DNA of 64,000 nt from an uncultured Poribacteria bacterium (lineage in GTDB: Bacteria; Poribacteria; WGA-4E; WGA-3G): the NCBI GenBank assembly GCA_958296135.2, contig CATQHZ020000001.1, positions 2,656,001-2,720,000 on the forward strand, read 5' to 3'. Position 1 is the stretch's first letter. The number at the start of each line of letters is the position of its first letter. The position numbers and the translations under genes were made by a program. The notes under the pieces were generated by a model. That model ran no database searches. It was not told the origin of the DNA and was given only the letters and a program-made list of their open reading frames with translations. This document shows positions 1 to 10,862 of the stretch, piece by piece.

Positions 1-354
1 CTCGTCGCACCGACGAGCCCACCAGAACGGATGCAACGCATCGCATCTGTCAGCACCGGGTTCGTCTATTGCGTTTCGTTAACGGGGGTAACGGGGGCGC
101 GGGCAATGCTGTCGGAAGAAGTCGCGCCGATGATAGCCGAACTCCGCAACCACACGGACAAACCCATCAGCGTCGGCTTTGGTGTCTCCACACCGGAACA
201 GGCGACGCAGGCAGCGCAAGTCGCCGATGGAGTCATCGTCGGCAGTGCCATCGTCAACGTGATTGAAAAGCATCAGGACGATGAGGAGGAACTGCTATCG
301 GCAGTGAAGGCGTTTGCATCAGAGCTGGCGGCAGGGGTTACATCCCGCGCGTGA
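1..354 (+). CDS. trpA: Tryptophan synthase alpha chain (3' part; gene starts before the window)
   Basis: GFVYCVSLTGVTGAR, VGFGVSTPEQ and ADGVIVGSAIV are TrpA C-terminal signatures. Confidence 0.95.
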   Translation, partial: LVAPTSPPERMQRIASVSTGFVYCVSLTGVTGARAMLSEEVAPMIAELRNHTDKPISVGFGVSTPEQATQAAQVADGVIVGSAIVNVIEKHQDDEEELLSAVKAFASELAAGVTSRA

Positions 355-1303
355 TGCCGAATTCCGCCTCAAACGCCTCCCAGATTTCAGGAGGGAGCTC
401 GGCAGTCGCGGCTTCATAGCCCTCTTCGATCTGCACCGTATCCGCAGGCCCGAACATCACAACGCCATCTATCGGCGCGGCGAGGCAAAACTGCATCGCT
501 AGATGGCGGATGTTAACGCCGCGTTCCTGACACCATTTCCACATCGCACGCGCCTTAGGCTCGGCATCCGGATTGCGCCGACGTTCATCTTCAACGTTCG
601 GCTCCGCGCCGGTTAAACTTCCCATCCCCAACGGGCTCGCGAGGATGATGCCGATGTCATGTTCGCGCGCCAACGGCAACGTCGTCTCTGCAACCGATTG
701 CGACAACAGCGTATAGTCCAAAAAGGTGAGGATGATGTCAATATGCCCTGTCTCAATGAACTCCCGATGAAAATCGTGTGAACGCACGCCGGCACCGATA
801 TGCCGAATGTAGCCTGCCGCTTTCATCTCCACCAGCGTATCCAACGCGCGCCCCGGGGCCAACACACTCTCCATGTCAACAGCATCGTGAATTAACACCG
901 CATCCAGATAATCGGTGCGGAGGTGCTTGAGGCTGTTCATGACGCTCCACCGCGTTCCATCCGCCGAGAAATCTTTCCGTCGTTCCGGGTGCGTGCCAAC
1001 CTTCGCCTGCAAGTAAATCTGAGCACGCAACGTCCCAGTAGCAGGGCTCTCCCGGTCCCGACTCCCCTGGGTACCGGTGGGAGCAACTCCCCAGTCCCGA
1101 TGCTCTGATAAAGCCGCCCCCCAAAGATGCTCAGCATGGCCCGGATAGGTGTCAATATAGTTAATCCCGAGTTCAATCGCGCGTCGGATGCCGCCGATGA
1201 CTTCGGCATCGGGTTTCTGCCATAACCATGCCGCGCCGAGCGCAAGCGAATTTGGACGCATCTCGGTGCGCCCGAGGCGGCGTTGCTCTAATTTTGAGGA
1301 CAT
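338..1303 (-). CDS. Aldo/keto reductase with an in-frame REP-derived insert
   Basis: RRLGRT, GINYIDTYP, SLKHLRTDYLDAVLIHD, LAMQFCL; start MSSKLEQ follows a GAGGAG RBS. Confidence 0.88.
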   Translation of the reverse strand: MSSKLEQRRLGRTEMRPNSLALGAAWLWQKPDAEVIGGIRRAIELGINYIDTYPGHAEHLWGAALSEHRDWGVAPTGTQGSRDRESPATGTLRAQIYLQAKVGTHPERRKDFSADGTRWSVMNSLKHLRTDYLDAVLIHDAVDMESVLAPGRALDTLVEMKAAGYIRHIGAGVRSHDFHREFIETGHIDIILTFLDYTLLSQSVAETTLPLAREHDIGIILASPLGMGSLTGAEPNVEDERRRNPDAEPKARAMWKWCQERGVNIRHLAMQFCLAAPIDGVVMFGPADTVQIEEGYEAATAELPPEIWEAFEAEFGITRGM

Positions 1304-1328
1304 CAGCCTATCTCCTCGCAATATGAAC

Positions 1329-1355
1329 GGGCGGATAGAGACATCCGCCCCCTAC
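1329..1355 (-). repeat. GTAG-REP family C: GTAG, G-run, then the GCGGATGTCTCTATCCGC hairpin
   Basis: Palindrome with a GTAG foot; related copies near 3775, 5028, 5141 and 31662. Confidence 0.75.
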
Positions 1356-1531
1356 AAAACTAATACCAAATGAGGTTGATTCGTCTTTCTCTGTAGGTTA
1401 AGAGCTCCCAAACTTGACCCGAGTGTCATACAGGGAATGGCACTGAGCTATTCCCAGCTCAGCGCCAGGCTCCCGATGTCACTAATATCGGAGGGTTGCG
1501 AGCCCGAACAACAGACATTAATCTGATATTA

Positions 1532-2149
1532 TCAAGATTCTGTGGCGAGCGCGCGTCTTAATTTATGCGTCGACTCGGCAAGCGACTCTTGCAAATACGG
1601 ATACGGAAAACCACCCCACCGGTCTGGCGGTGGCTCCGCCGCTTCCGCAATCTTTAGATTGACAAAGACGGGGCCCGCTTCCTTCTCACGCCTACCTTTC
1701 AGGATTTTCGGGAGAGCGGTATCAAGCGCGTCCGCCTCCTCAAATTCATAAACCTGCTGAAAACCGACACCTTTGGCAACCGTTGGCCAACTAAAACCAC
1801 GGTTGCCGGGGACAGGTTGATTCCCCGTAACCTCATACGTGCCGTTGTCGCACACGAACAGCGTATAGTTAGAAGGCGGCGTGCGCAGCCCCGTAATCGT
1901 CGCCAGCGTGCCGAGGCACATCAACATGCTTCCATCGCCGTTCAGCACGATAACCTCTCTCTCCGGCCTCGCCAGCGCGATGCCGAGCGCAAAGTCGGCG
2001 GCGTGTCCCATCGCACTGCCCACGGAAGCATAGTCCAGCGGATGTGTTGACAATTTTGCCCACGGCACGGTTAATCCCATCGTCGTGACGACAACCTCGT
2101 CAGCCCGATGTTTGGCGATAAGGCGTAGACATTCTTCTTTTTGCAGCAT
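1532..2149 (-). CDS. Thiamine-diphosphate-binding enzyme subunit (sulfopyruvate/phosphonopyruvate decarboxylase beta-like)
   Basis: GSAMGHA and the TPP motif GDGSMLMCLG...DNGTY; start MLQKEEC follows GGAGA. Confidence 0.8.
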   Translation of the reverse strand: MLQKEECLRLIAKHRADEVVVTTMGLTVPWAKLSTHPLDYASVGSAMGHAADFALGIALARPEREVIVLNGDGSMLMCLGTLATITGLRTPPSNYTLFVCDNGTYEVTGNQPVPGNRGFSWPTVAKGVGFQQVYEFEEADALDTALPKILKGRREKEAGPVFVNLKIAEAAEPPPDRWGGFPYPYLQESLAESTHKLRRALATES

Positions 2150-2228
2150 TGATGTTTCTCCAATTTGCAATTTGCGGTAGGCGCGCCCTCCCGGTCGCGA
2201 CGTACTCGTATCAAGACTGGGATATCCG

Positions 2229-3662
2229 CTATTTTTCTTCTGGCGGCAAGAACTTGATTTTCGGAGGTGTCTCCATCGCGGTGGCGGTAATCTGGACATG
2301 CTGCGCGAATTCGGTTTCAGTCTCGATTCCATCAGTGCCGCCACCCCAGATAGCAAACGCGCGATAACTGAACCGCCCCTCCGCATCGGGTTCCAAAGTC
2401 AACGACAAAAGGGGGCCCTCTTCGGATACGGAATTGTCGCCCTCAGTTGTCGGATAAATCAGTGCCACGCCGAGCGGGGCTAAGCCTGCCGGATCTGTGC
2501 CCCAACTCCACAGCCACCCCTGTTTCTCGTTGGAATCCGCTGCGCTACCCAAATTCGGAATGCCTGTGACGATAGCGTAATCCGTTGGCAACCCTTTCAC
2601 ATAGATGTGATGTTCAAGCCACGGCAAGTCGCCATAAATAAACACGGTTGACGTGAGTTGGAACGTTTCACCGTTAAACTGCAAGTTCGGAAAAATCCGT
2701 TGCACAATCGATCTGATGGCTCCGTTCGCGAGGATTCGGACGTAGTCGCCTTCCGCCGGAATCGGAATCAGTTCCGATTTCGCTTTATCCCACAGCGCAA
2801 ACCCGCCGCACCCAATGAGCCCATCCCACGGCGTTAACGCAACCAGATTGCCATCCCCGGTAGGCGCGCTTTTCAAGCGCGCAAGCGCGTTCAGTGACAA
2901 CCCAATCGATTTGGAAAAGTTGAGCTGCTCCTCGGATTTGCGGACAAAGTAGGGCTGTCGATTCTCAAGATCCGTCAACACCCACTGCTCCTCCGGTTTC
3001 TCAACCGATATCTCAATCTGCTGGCCGAGAGTGATATCATTGCTCTCAAAATGGAGACGAAACTCTGGTGAAAGCGGGTGCTCATAGTCCAATTCACTCT
3101 GGAACACCGGATCAACGCTGAACAATTCCGCGCGCTTCTTGCCATACGCGACAATCGCGCCATCGGGTTTCAACACATACGCGATGCGGTTGGATTCCAT
3201 CGCCGCCACGGCACCCAACTCAGGAAAGATACCTGCCCGCGTCTGTTTATTGAGTACCAAGGTTAATTCCGCCTTCACGTTTGCGTCGTAGAGAATGGAG
3301 AGTTCTTTCGTCTCATCCGGCTCCAAATCCAGCAAGAAACTGAGCCGGTCGCGCTCGCCATCGTAGTCCAAGTCATCGGCTTGCGAGGGAAGCATCGTCT
3401 CCCGCGGTGCCTTGCCGGCAACTACCGAATATGCCTTAAAGGAGAAATCCCGATTGACTTTTCGGAGCTGCTCCGCTGTCAACACTATCGGGACATTTTT
3501 CCGGTGGATAGGCAGCGTATTTTGGACAGAAAGGCGAATCTTGCTAATCTTCTGGTTACCGCCCGGCACCGTGCAACTGCCAAGCATCAGCAGAAAACCC
3601 AGAATAATCCACAAAGAGGCGCGAGCATAACCTTGAACGTTATTTTGTGTCTGTCTAATCAA
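2229..3662 (-). CDS. Lipoprotein, DUF4861-like
   Basis: Signal peptide with lipobox LGSC; SQADDLDYDG, MESNRIAY, GCGGFALW, ANGAIRS. Confidence 0.55.
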   Translation of the reverse strand: MIRQTQNNVQGYARASLWIILGFLLMLGSCTVPGGNQKISKIRLSVQNTLPIHRKNVPIVLTAEQLRKVNRDFSFKAYSVVAGKAPRETMLPSQADDLDYDGERDRLSFLLDLEPDETKELSILYDANVKAELTLVLNKQTRAGIFPELGAVAAMESNRIAYVLKPDGAIVAYGKKRAELFSVDPVFQSELDYEHPLSPEFRLHFESNDITLGQQIEISVEKPEEQWVLTDLENRQPYFVRKSEEQLNFSKSIGLSLNALARLKSAPTGDGNLVALTPWDGLIGCGGFALWDKAKSELIPIPAEGDYVRILANGAIRSIVQRIFPNLQFNGETFQLTSTVFIYGDLPWLEHHIYVKGLPTDYAIVTGIPNLGSAADSNEKQGWLWSWGTDPAGLAPLGVALIYPTTEGDNSVSEEGPLLSLTLEPDAEGRFSYRAFAIWGGGTDGIETETEFAQHVQITATAMETPPKIKFLPPEEK

Positions 3663-3864
3663 TTTTTCCCTTTCCTTTGTTCCGATTTTGACGCAGTGCT
3701 GTTCTGTTTACAGAACAGCACATCTTCGGCAGGGTTTGGCTTTGCAAACCCTGCCTACGTCAAAATCGGCGAAGGGCGGATGTCTCTATCCGCCCGTTCC
3801 CATTTTCCGTTGGATGTGTCGTTTTCAGACGGTTTCTTTTCAAAAATCCACTGCCGATTTTATC

Positions 3865-5040
3865 TCATAAAACCGGGAGCACTTCAAGCAAACGATTTAT
3901 TTCCAATTCCGTGTTGTAAAAATGCGGTGAGACTCTCACACCGCTACCGCGCTCCGCCGTGATAATGTTGTGGACATGGAGCAACTCGTAAATGTCGGCA
4001 GGTGAATACCGAGGGCTCTCAAAGATGACAATCCCCGCCCGCGCCGCATCCTCTTTCGGTGTGATGACGCGATACCCTTTCGCCTCTAACCCCGCCATTA
4101 AATGTGCAGTGAGCCCCAAAACGCGCGCTTCAACGGTAGCGAGGCCCACCTCTAGCAACAACTCGAGCGCTGCCTTGAGCCCATACAAACCAACGCTGTT
4201 GTAAGAGCCCTCTTCAAATCGAGTCGCGTCCGGTTTTTGGGTGAGCTCATAGTTGAGGAAATCGCGCGGATTCACGACGCTTGCCCAGCCGACATTCGTG
4301 TTGATGAGCCGTTCCAATTTTCCGGCGGCACAATAGAAAATCGCCGCGCCTTCCGGTGCCAGCAGCCACTTATGTCCATCGGCAGCGAGGATGTCAATGT
4401 GAGCAGCCTTGACATCAACCGCAATTGCGCCGAGGCTCTGAATCGCGTCAACGACGAACCAGATATCGCGTTCTCGGCAGAGTTTCCCAATCGCCTGAAT
4501 GTCATTGCGGAAGCCGGAGGCGAATTCAACGTGGCTAATCGTTACAGCACGCGTGCGCGCGTCAATAGCAGCAGCAATATCCGCAACGTCGATGCAGCCC
4601 TCTCGTTCTGGCACCATGCGCGTTTCAACGCCGTAACGTTCCTTCAAACTCCACCACGGATAGATATTGGCAGGAAACTCAACTGCTGTCGTGACAACGT
4701 TGTCCCCTGCACGCCAATCGATGCCGTTCGCCGCGATGAGGATACCCTGCGTCGTGTTCTTCATGAACGCAATTTCTGTGGCATCGGCGTTGAGGAGGCG
4801 CGCGGCCGCGACGCGGCATTCTTCCGCCGCTTCTGCCCACCGTTCCGCATGGACAGCACCGTTCACGGTGGCATCTTCCACGAACCCCACCATCGCCTCT
4901 CTCACCCTACCCGATAACGGCGCGACACCGGCGTGGTTCATGTAGATGCAGTTTTCGGTTACCGGAAATTCGGCGCGCCAGGTATCAGCATGGATATTCA
5001 AAGCGTATTCCTTTCCCGCTTTGTCCGGGAGGATGTCCAT
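3865..5040 (-). CDS. PLP-dependent aminotransferase class V (cysteine desulfurase-like fold)
   Basis: YMNHAG, VDAIQSLG, DGHKWLL (PLP lysine), RVSPHFYN; true start may be a TTG near 5001. Confidence 0.9.
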   Translation of the reverse strand: MDILPDKAGKEYALNIHADTWRAEFPVTENCIYMNHAGVAPLSGRVREAMVGFVEDATVNGAVHAERWAEAAEECRVAAARLLNADATEIAFMKNTTQGILIAANGIDWRAGDNVVTTAVEFPANIYPWWSLKERYGVETRMVPEREGCIDVADIAAAIDARTRAVTISHVEFASGFRNDIQAIGKLCRERDIWFVVDAIQSLGAIAVDVKAAHIDILAADGHKWLLAPEGAAIFYCAAGKLERLINTNVGWASVVNPRDFLNYELTQKPDATRFEEGSYNSVGLYGLKAALELLLEVGLATVEARVLGLTAHLMAGLEAKGYRVITPKEDAARAGIVIFESPRYSPADIYELLHVHNIITAERGSGVRVSPHFYNTELEINRLLEVLPVL

Positions 5041-5198
5041 ATCCGCCCCGTTCCCCCGGAACCAGCGGCCAGCAGAAGCATTCAGTTGTCCCGTTTCTGT
5101 AGTTCGGAATGAATTCGCCGCCGCCCGGACTCGCAGTGTCCGGGCGGATGTCTCTATCCATCCAAAACACGCACGTAGACGACTATAGAAAACAGCTC

Positions 5199-6488
5199 TT
5201 ACAGCAACGTTTTCACCTTGTAATCCTTCACTTTATCGGCGTTCGCAAACGCGACGAGCTCACCCAATATACCGAACCAGAACACCAAGGCACCACCGTG
5301 CATTAAAATCTGCACGAGGTGCATTAACAGAAGCGTATAGAGGATCATATCCCAGTATAGCAGTAGGAGGATGCCGCTTGACGCTAGCATCAACGCGCCG
5401 ATGGGACCGAAAATTCTTATCGGGCGTCGCCTACAGACGAACATGAAGAACCACGCGAGTTTGCCCAAATCTGCGGATTGCTGCGCATGCACAATAGCAC
5501 GTGCTGTCATCCACCCCATGCCTAGTGCGGCCAGTCCCAAGCCTAAACTGATGAATGCCGAGCGCGTGAAAAGCGCGTCTTGAGTCACGAGGAGAATACC
5601 GCCGAAAGCCAAGAAAGGAATACCAAAGCCCCTAGAGTAACTCAACGCAGTCTCTTTCGGATTGTTGCGCTGCTTTCCATCGCGTTTCGGTTTTTCCCTG
5701 AGCCTCGGCGTAAAGCCTGTCAGGATAAACGAGAATGCAATCAAATCCAGCAGCACACGCCAAATCCTGCCAAGCCCATATTTACTTGTCCCGAAACGGC
5801 GTGGATGGTGCGTGACTACCACTTCGGTGCTGAGTGCAAGGACTACCCTAGACATTACCGGAATAAATCGGTGCATCTCGCCGTAAAGCGGCACCTGCTT
5901 AATCATCGCCGCCCGATAGGCCTTCAGCGAACACCCGGTGTCGTGAATCGAAATACCTGTCACCTTGCGGATGAGCCAATTGGCAACGACAGAAGGCACA
6001 CGCCGCGTCCAGAGTTTATCCTGCCGGTCCTTCCGCCAGCCGCAAACCAGGTCATAACCGCGGTCAAGTTGTCTAAGTAACCGCGGGATATCGCCCGGGT
6101 CATTCTGCAAATCGCCGTCCATGCTGACGATGTACTCGCCGCGGGCGTATTCAAACCCCGCCGCCATCGCCGCTGTCTGCCCGGCATTCTTTTCAAACCG
6201 GATAACGCGTAAGGCACCGCGCTTGGAAATCGCGCCGACAGGGCGAGATTCACCAGTAGACTCGTTTTGGCAACGCGCACACAGTTCCTCGTGCAATGCA
6301 GAAAGCACCGCGAACGTGTCGTCCTGGCTGCCATCGTCTACGAATAGCACTTCGTATGTTACGTAGATTTCCTCGCACACCGCGTGAATCTTCTCAAACA
6401 GCGGACGAACGTTCGCCTCTTCGTTGTAAACGGGCACGACGATTGAGAGAGATGGTGTTTCGTTTTGAATCTCAGCTGCTGTTTCCAA
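5199..6488 (-). CDS. Glycosyltransferase family 2 (DPM1/ArnC-like) with C-terminal TM helices
   Basis: SIVVPVYNEE, VDDGSQD, MDGDLQNDP, DTGCSLKAYR, GEMHRFIP. Confidence 0.92.
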   Translation of the reverse strand: METAAEIQNETPSLSIVVPVYNEEANVRPLFEKIHAVCEEIYVTYEVLFVDDGSQDDTFAVLSALHEELCARCQNESTGESRPVGAISKRGALRVIRFEKNAGQTAAMAAGFEYARGEYIVSMDGDLQNDPGDIPRLLRQLDRGYDLVCGWRKDRQDKLWTRRVPSVVANWLIRKVTGISIHDTGCSLKAYRAAMIKQVPLYGEMHRFIPVMSRVVLALSTEVVVTHHPRRFGTSKYGLGRIWRVLLDLIAFSFILTGFTPRLREKPKRDGKQRNNPKETALSYSRGFGIPFLAFGGILLVTQDALFTRSAFISLGLGLAALGMGWMTARAIVHAQQSADLGKLAWFFMFVCRRRPIRIFGPIGALMLASSGILLLLYWDMILYTLLLMHLVQILMHGGALVFWFGILGELVAFANADKVKDYKVKTLL

Positions 6489-6546
6489 ATCTATTCCCTA
6501 TAAACATTCCACCCCTAAAGCGGTTTTAAAGGAATGGGTGCTTTCC

Positions 6547-7302
6547 CTAGCCCAAAAGAATGTGATGCGCCTCGGTCAGCGCGTCAAAAGTGCCCGCGTC
6601 AACCCACTTCCCCTGCACGATGCTATATTCAAGCACCCCGCGGCGGATATACACGTTGTTGACAGCAGTTATCTCGTATTCGCCGCGCGCGGAGGGCTCA
6701 ATCATGCGGATAATGTCAAACACGGCTGCATCGTAAAAATAGACACCTACCACAGCGTAATCGCTTTTCGGGTGCTGCGGTTTCTCCTCAATCGCAACGA
6801 TGTGGTGGCTTTCCAAAGTTGCCACACCGTAACGCTGCGGATCTGGCACCTGTTTGAGCATCACGCGGGCACCCTCGCGCTGCGCTTGGAAATCAGTAAT
6901 CGCGGGCTGAATAGGCGATTCAAAAATGTTATCGCCGAGGAGGACGACACTCTTGCCGCCAGCAGCGAATCCCTCCGCCAACGCGAGCGCGTGCGCAATG
7001 CCTTTCGCCTCATCCTGCACCCGATAAGTGAACTCACACCCGAACTCGGCACCGCCGCCAAGCACCTTCACAAAATCGCCGACATACTGCGGATTCGTCA
7101 CGATGAGGATATCCGTAATCCCCGCTGACGTGAGCTGCTTAACGCAGTGAAAAATCATCGGTTCATTGCCTACCGGCAGCAGGTGCTTACTCGTCACTTT
7201 GGTGAGCGGATGGAGACGGGTGCCTAACCCACCTGCAAGGATTACGCCTTTGAGTTTTTCGTCTCTCGCAATGCGTTCGGCGGACATTTGTTGTAGTTTC
7301 AT
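6547..7302 (-). CDS. Sugar-1-phosphate nucleotidyltransferase (short RmlA/SpsI-like)
   Basis: KGVILAGGLGTRLHPLT, SARGEYEITAVN, WVDAGT. Confidence 0.9.
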   Translation of the reverse strand: MKLQQMSAERIARDEKLKGVILAGGLGTRLHPLTKVTSKHLLPVGNEPMIFHCVKQLTSAGITDILIVTNPQYVGDFVKVLGGGAEFGCEFTYRVQDEAKGIAHALALAEGFAAGGKSVVLLGDNIFESPIQPAITDFQAQREGARVMLKQVPDPQRYGVATLESHHIVAIEEKPQHPKSDYAVVGVYFYDAAVFDIIRMIEPSARGEYEITAVNNVYIRRGVLEYSIVQGKWVDAGTFDALTEAHHILLG

Positions 7303-7370
7303 GTCCCTCCACTAGTGCTGTTTCTGTCGTTTGGGCGTTACCAAACACGGCAAGAGCTGCCGAACGCGCC

Positions 7371-8276
7371 CTACTTAGCACTTTCTCCTCGGCCAGGAAA
7401 CGTCAACTCGGCGACACCCGACTTATCCAATTCACCCAAACCCAATTCGATCATCTTGTCATACTGCGCTTTCGTCGCCTGCGCTAACGGAAGGGCAATG
7501 CCGGCCGCGCCCGCTAAATCCAGTGCGATGCCCGAATCTTTCGATGCATGCGCCGCCGAAAAATAGCACTCGTGGTCCCGGAGCTGCATGTCTTCGCCAT
7601 CTGTCTCCAACACGCGAGAATTCGCCCCGGTTTGCGCGAAGACCTCCTGCAATATCTCAAGATCGAGTCCGAGTGCCGCACCCAGTCCGAGTCCCTCCGC
7701 GAGTCCAGCCGTGTTGATGTTCATCACCATGTTGACGAGTGCCTTGACTTGCGCTGCCTGTCCCGCCGGCCCGATGTAACGGAGGGAGATGCTCATCGAA
7801 TCAAGAATAGCACGAGCCCTGTCAAACGTCTCTTTTTTCCCGCCGCACATCAGATAGAGCTTGCCCTCCCGTGCCTGCGTAATGCTACTCGCCATGCACC
7901 CTTCCAAGCTCTCCGCCTCATGCTTTTCCGCGAGTTGTTCTACCTCAACGTGGACATGAGGACTAATCGTGGCGCAGTTAATGAAAAGTTTACAGCACGC
8001 GCCAGTGAGCAGGCTGTCCTCCGCATCTTCTGCGAAGACCTGGCGCATCGCCGCGTCGTCCGTGACAACGGTGATAATATAGTCGGCGTTCGCCGTAACC
8101 TGCGCCAATTTATCCGCCGCGACCGCGCCGAGTTCCGTGGCGAGCTCCTGTGCGCGTTCGCTTGCTACATCGTAAACGACGGTGACGTTGAACCCATCAT
8201 CGTTCAGGTGCCGAGCGATGTTCGCGCCCATCCTCCCGACACCCACAACGCCAATATTGTACGCACTGTTTTCCAT
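7371..8276 (-). CDS. NAD(P)-dependent beta-hydroxyacid dehydrogenase (3-hydroxyisobutyrate/6PGD family)
   Basis: GVVGVGRMGANIA Rossmann motif; start MENSAY follows AAGGAGG. Confidence 0.88.
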   Translation of the reverse strand: MENSAYNIGVVGVGRMGANIARHLNDDGFNVTVVYDVASERAQELATELGAVAADKLAQVTANADYIITVVTDDAAMRQVFAEDAEDSLLTGACCKLFINCATISPHVHVEVEQLAEKHEAESLEGCMASSITQAREGKLYLMCGGKKETFDRARAILDSMSISLRYIGPAGQAAQVKALVNMVMNINTAGLAEGLGLGAALGLDLEILQEVFAQTGANSRVLETDGEDMQLRDHECYFSAAHASKDSGIALDLAGAAGIALPLAQATKAQYDKMIELGLGELDKSGVAELTFPGRGESAK

Positions 8277-8363
8277 AATTTGCCTCCTTGTGGTTAAGAT
8301 ACCTCTATTTTGACATATTTTCAGAAAATTGTCAAACCTATTTTTTGGCCCCTGGGCTGCGGA

Positions 8364-8520
8364 CGTTTCTCGTGTCAGACAAGAGCTCGCGGAGGACAGG
8401 CCCCCGCGCCACGGCAGCGAACAAGAAATCGCCACGAAAACCATAGGGCGAGGGACAGGCCCTCGCCATGCCTCGGTCCGGTTGTCTGTCTGAATCGCGG
8501 ATTTGCAGGATTATAGGCAC
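8364..8520. repeat. REP-like cluster (CGCGAGG/GACAGGCCC family)
   Basis: A segment of about 50 bp (8364-8413) recurs at 10709-10759; palindromic GCGAGGGACAGGCCCTCGC. Confidence 0.65.
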
Positions 8521-8583
8521 CTGGTCTCCAACGGATGCTGCGCAGCGAGAAAAACACCGCTTCAGGTCCCTGATTAAAAAACG

Positions 8584-8612
8584 TTGACAAAAAGATCAAA
8601 ATTTGATACCAT
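8584..8612 (+). promoter_or_regulatory. Sigma70-type promoter of the WD40 gene
   Basis: TTGACA-17 bp-TACCAT with an extended TG. Confidence 0.6.
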
Positions 8613-8745
8613 AAATTCAGCTTTGAACGTTTTTAGCGATTTTTCGTGTGAATTTGGCTTTTCCGCGATTTTTGCGGATTGTGTCTACTGCTTTTCCTAA
8701 TTGACATTTCAAAGCATTCTCAGGCAAATGCAAAGGAGAAAGACA

Positions 8746-10389
8746 ATGAAAAATTCAACGGTTTTCATCTTGGTACTGCTGTTAGCCGCGATGCCTGCTC
8801 TGACGACAGCAACTGCCCAACAGTACAGCCACACGGCTACACTGACGGCCAGTTATTCTTCCAATCGCGTAGCGTTTAAGGATAACGAGACGCTTATCAG
8901 CGCGGATTCATCCAGGAACCTTCGCGCCTGGGATGTCAATACCGGTGCGGAGCAATGGAACGTGAAACTTGGCAATCGCATTTCTGCCATTGCGCTGCCA
9001 ACGCATGACCCGAGTTTCGTTGCCTACGGCGGCGGGGCTACCTACATAATTAAGAATGCGGATTTTACGATACAGGGAAATAGTATTCAAACGCGGCACA
9101 CAAGCAACGGTAAATGGCGCGCCAAGGTTGGATGGAAAACTCAAGAAGTCTCCGCTTTAGCCTTCAAACCTAATAGTTATCTGCTTGCTAGTGGTTACTA
9201 CGATGGAAGCATTCGCATTTGGAGCGTGAAACCGGGTAACAACGAACAACTGTTGCACATCCTAGACAGCCACACACGGCAAGTCCGTTCGCTAGCGTGG
9301 AGCCCTGATGGACGCACGCTTGCTAGCGGCAGCACCGACGACACCGTACGGTTGTGGAATCCAGATACCGGTGCCAACCTCGCCGTGCTCAGAGGCCATG
9401 ACAGGGCTGTCCGGGCGGTGGTATGGAGCCCGAACGGACAAACGCTCGTCAGCGCAGGCAACGATAACACCGTCCGCATCTGGCACCCCGATACCCACGA
9501 AACCCTGCGCGTCCTGAGAGGACACACCGGCGATGTCAATGCGTTAGCCTTTCACCCTGATGGGCAGACGCTAGCGAGTGGGGGCACCGACCGAGCCATC
9601 CGCTTGTGGAATCCGAACAACGGTAACCTTAAAAACATTTTGAGAACAACCCGACGCGTCCAATCGTTAGTTTTTTCACCCAACGGACAGACTCTCGCAG
9701 TAGGCACCGATACGAATAGGAGCGGCGAGGGCATCCAATTGTGGACAAGGCTCATCGTGGATGTCACCGGCGATGGTAGTGTCACCTTCGAGGACCTCAT
9801 CGTCGTGTCAAGGAACTACGGCAAAACCGTCGCAGACGGGGCAGATAGCAATGCGGATGTTAATAAGGATGGAAAGGTGGATATTGACGATCTGGTTGCT
9901 GTGGCAAAGGGTGTCGATGCCGCTGCAGCACCTGTAGGCATCAACACCGGGAGGGCTCGCCTACAAGCGGCGGATGTGCATCAGTGGCTCCGCGATGCAA
10001 AGCAGGCCAACACAGCTCCAGAGGGAATTGCCGCACTAGAGCGGCTCTTGGCAGCATTAACGCACGTTGAAGCACCGCCGAAAGAGACAGCACTGCTTGC
10101 CAACTATCCGAATCCGTTCAACCCGGAAACGTGGATACCCTTTAGGTTGGGCTCGCCTGAGCCCAACACCTTGACAGATGTCACCCTTTCCATCTATACG
10201 GCGGATGGGAAGTTAGTTCGCACGTTGGATTTAGGGCAATTGCCGGCGGGTGTGTATCAGACGAAGGCACACGCCGCGTATTGGGATGGCCGGAATGCAC
10301 AAGGCGAACCGGTTGCAAGCGGTGTCTATTTCTACACGCTGATGGCAGGAAATTTCACAGCGACGAAGAATATGGTGATACGGAAGTAG
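8746..10389 (+). CDS. Secreted WD40-repeat protein with dockerin-like and C-terminal FlgD/secretion-tail-like domains
   Basis: Signal peptide; repeated GH..V..LAxSPDG..LASG..D..RxW; DVTGDG/DVNKDGKVDIDD; NYPNPFNPETWIP...ASGVYFY. Confidence 0.88.
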   Translation: MKNSTVFILVLLLAAMPALTTATAQQYSHTATLTASYSSNRVAFKDNETLISADSSRNLRAWDVNTGAEQWNVKLGNRISAIALPTHDPSFVAYGGGATYIIKNADFTIQGNSIQTRHTSNGKWRAKVGWKTQEVSALAFKPNSYLLASGYYDGSIRIWSVKPGNNEQLLHILDSHTRQVRSLAWSPDGRTLASGSTDDTVRLWNPDTGANLAVLRGHDRAVRAVVWSPNGQTLVSAGNDNTVRIWHPDTHETLRVLRGHTGDVNALAFHPDGQTLASGGTDRAIRLWNPNNGNLKNILRTTRRVQSLVFSPNGQTLAVGTDTNRSGEGIQLWTRLIVDVTGDGSVTFEDLIVVSRNYGKTVADGADSNADVNKDGKVDIDDLVAVAKGVDAAAAPVGINTGRARLQAADVHQWLRDAKQANTAPEGIAALERLLAALTHVEAPPKETALLANYPNPFNPETWIPFRLGSPEPNTLTDVTLSIYTADGKLVRTLDLGQLPAGVYQTKAHAAYWDGRNAQGEPVASGVYFYTLMAGNFTATKNMVIRK

Positions 10390-10830
10390 CACGCTTTCAA
10401 AGCACCTACCGGTTGGTGCCCGTAGCGTGAGGGCCGTCACGGGCACGCCTACAGAAAAAGTGCGTGTGTCGCCCCGCGTCAGCGCGGTCACGTCTACAGC
10501 AAACGTGTTTACGGTAGGGAAACCGTCGAACTGACAAGGCAGCTCGCCTGTCTTGATAGACGTGACCGGTGCTTCGCAAAAACAAACTACCTTTGTCCCT
10601 CGCAAGGCTGGCGCGTTACAGAAGACATCCATGGCCCCGGGCTGCAGGCGTTTTCCATTGTGCTTGAGGGGTCGCGGAGGAAAGGCCCCCGCGCTACGGG
10701 CCACGGGGCGTTTTTCGTGTCAGTTGAGAGCTCGCGGTAGACAGGCCCCCGCGCTACGGTAAAAAGACGTTCGCATCAACAAGATGCCCCTAATCCTGTT
10801 AATCCTTTAATCCACGATTCAGACAACAAA
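10390..10830. repeat. Intergenic cluster of REP-like palindromes
   Basis: Several GTAG/CTAC-footed palindromes such as GGCCCCCGCGCTACGG. Confidence 0.55.
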
Positions 10831-10862
10831 AAATCCGCGCGCGAGAAAAATCAAAAAATTTC

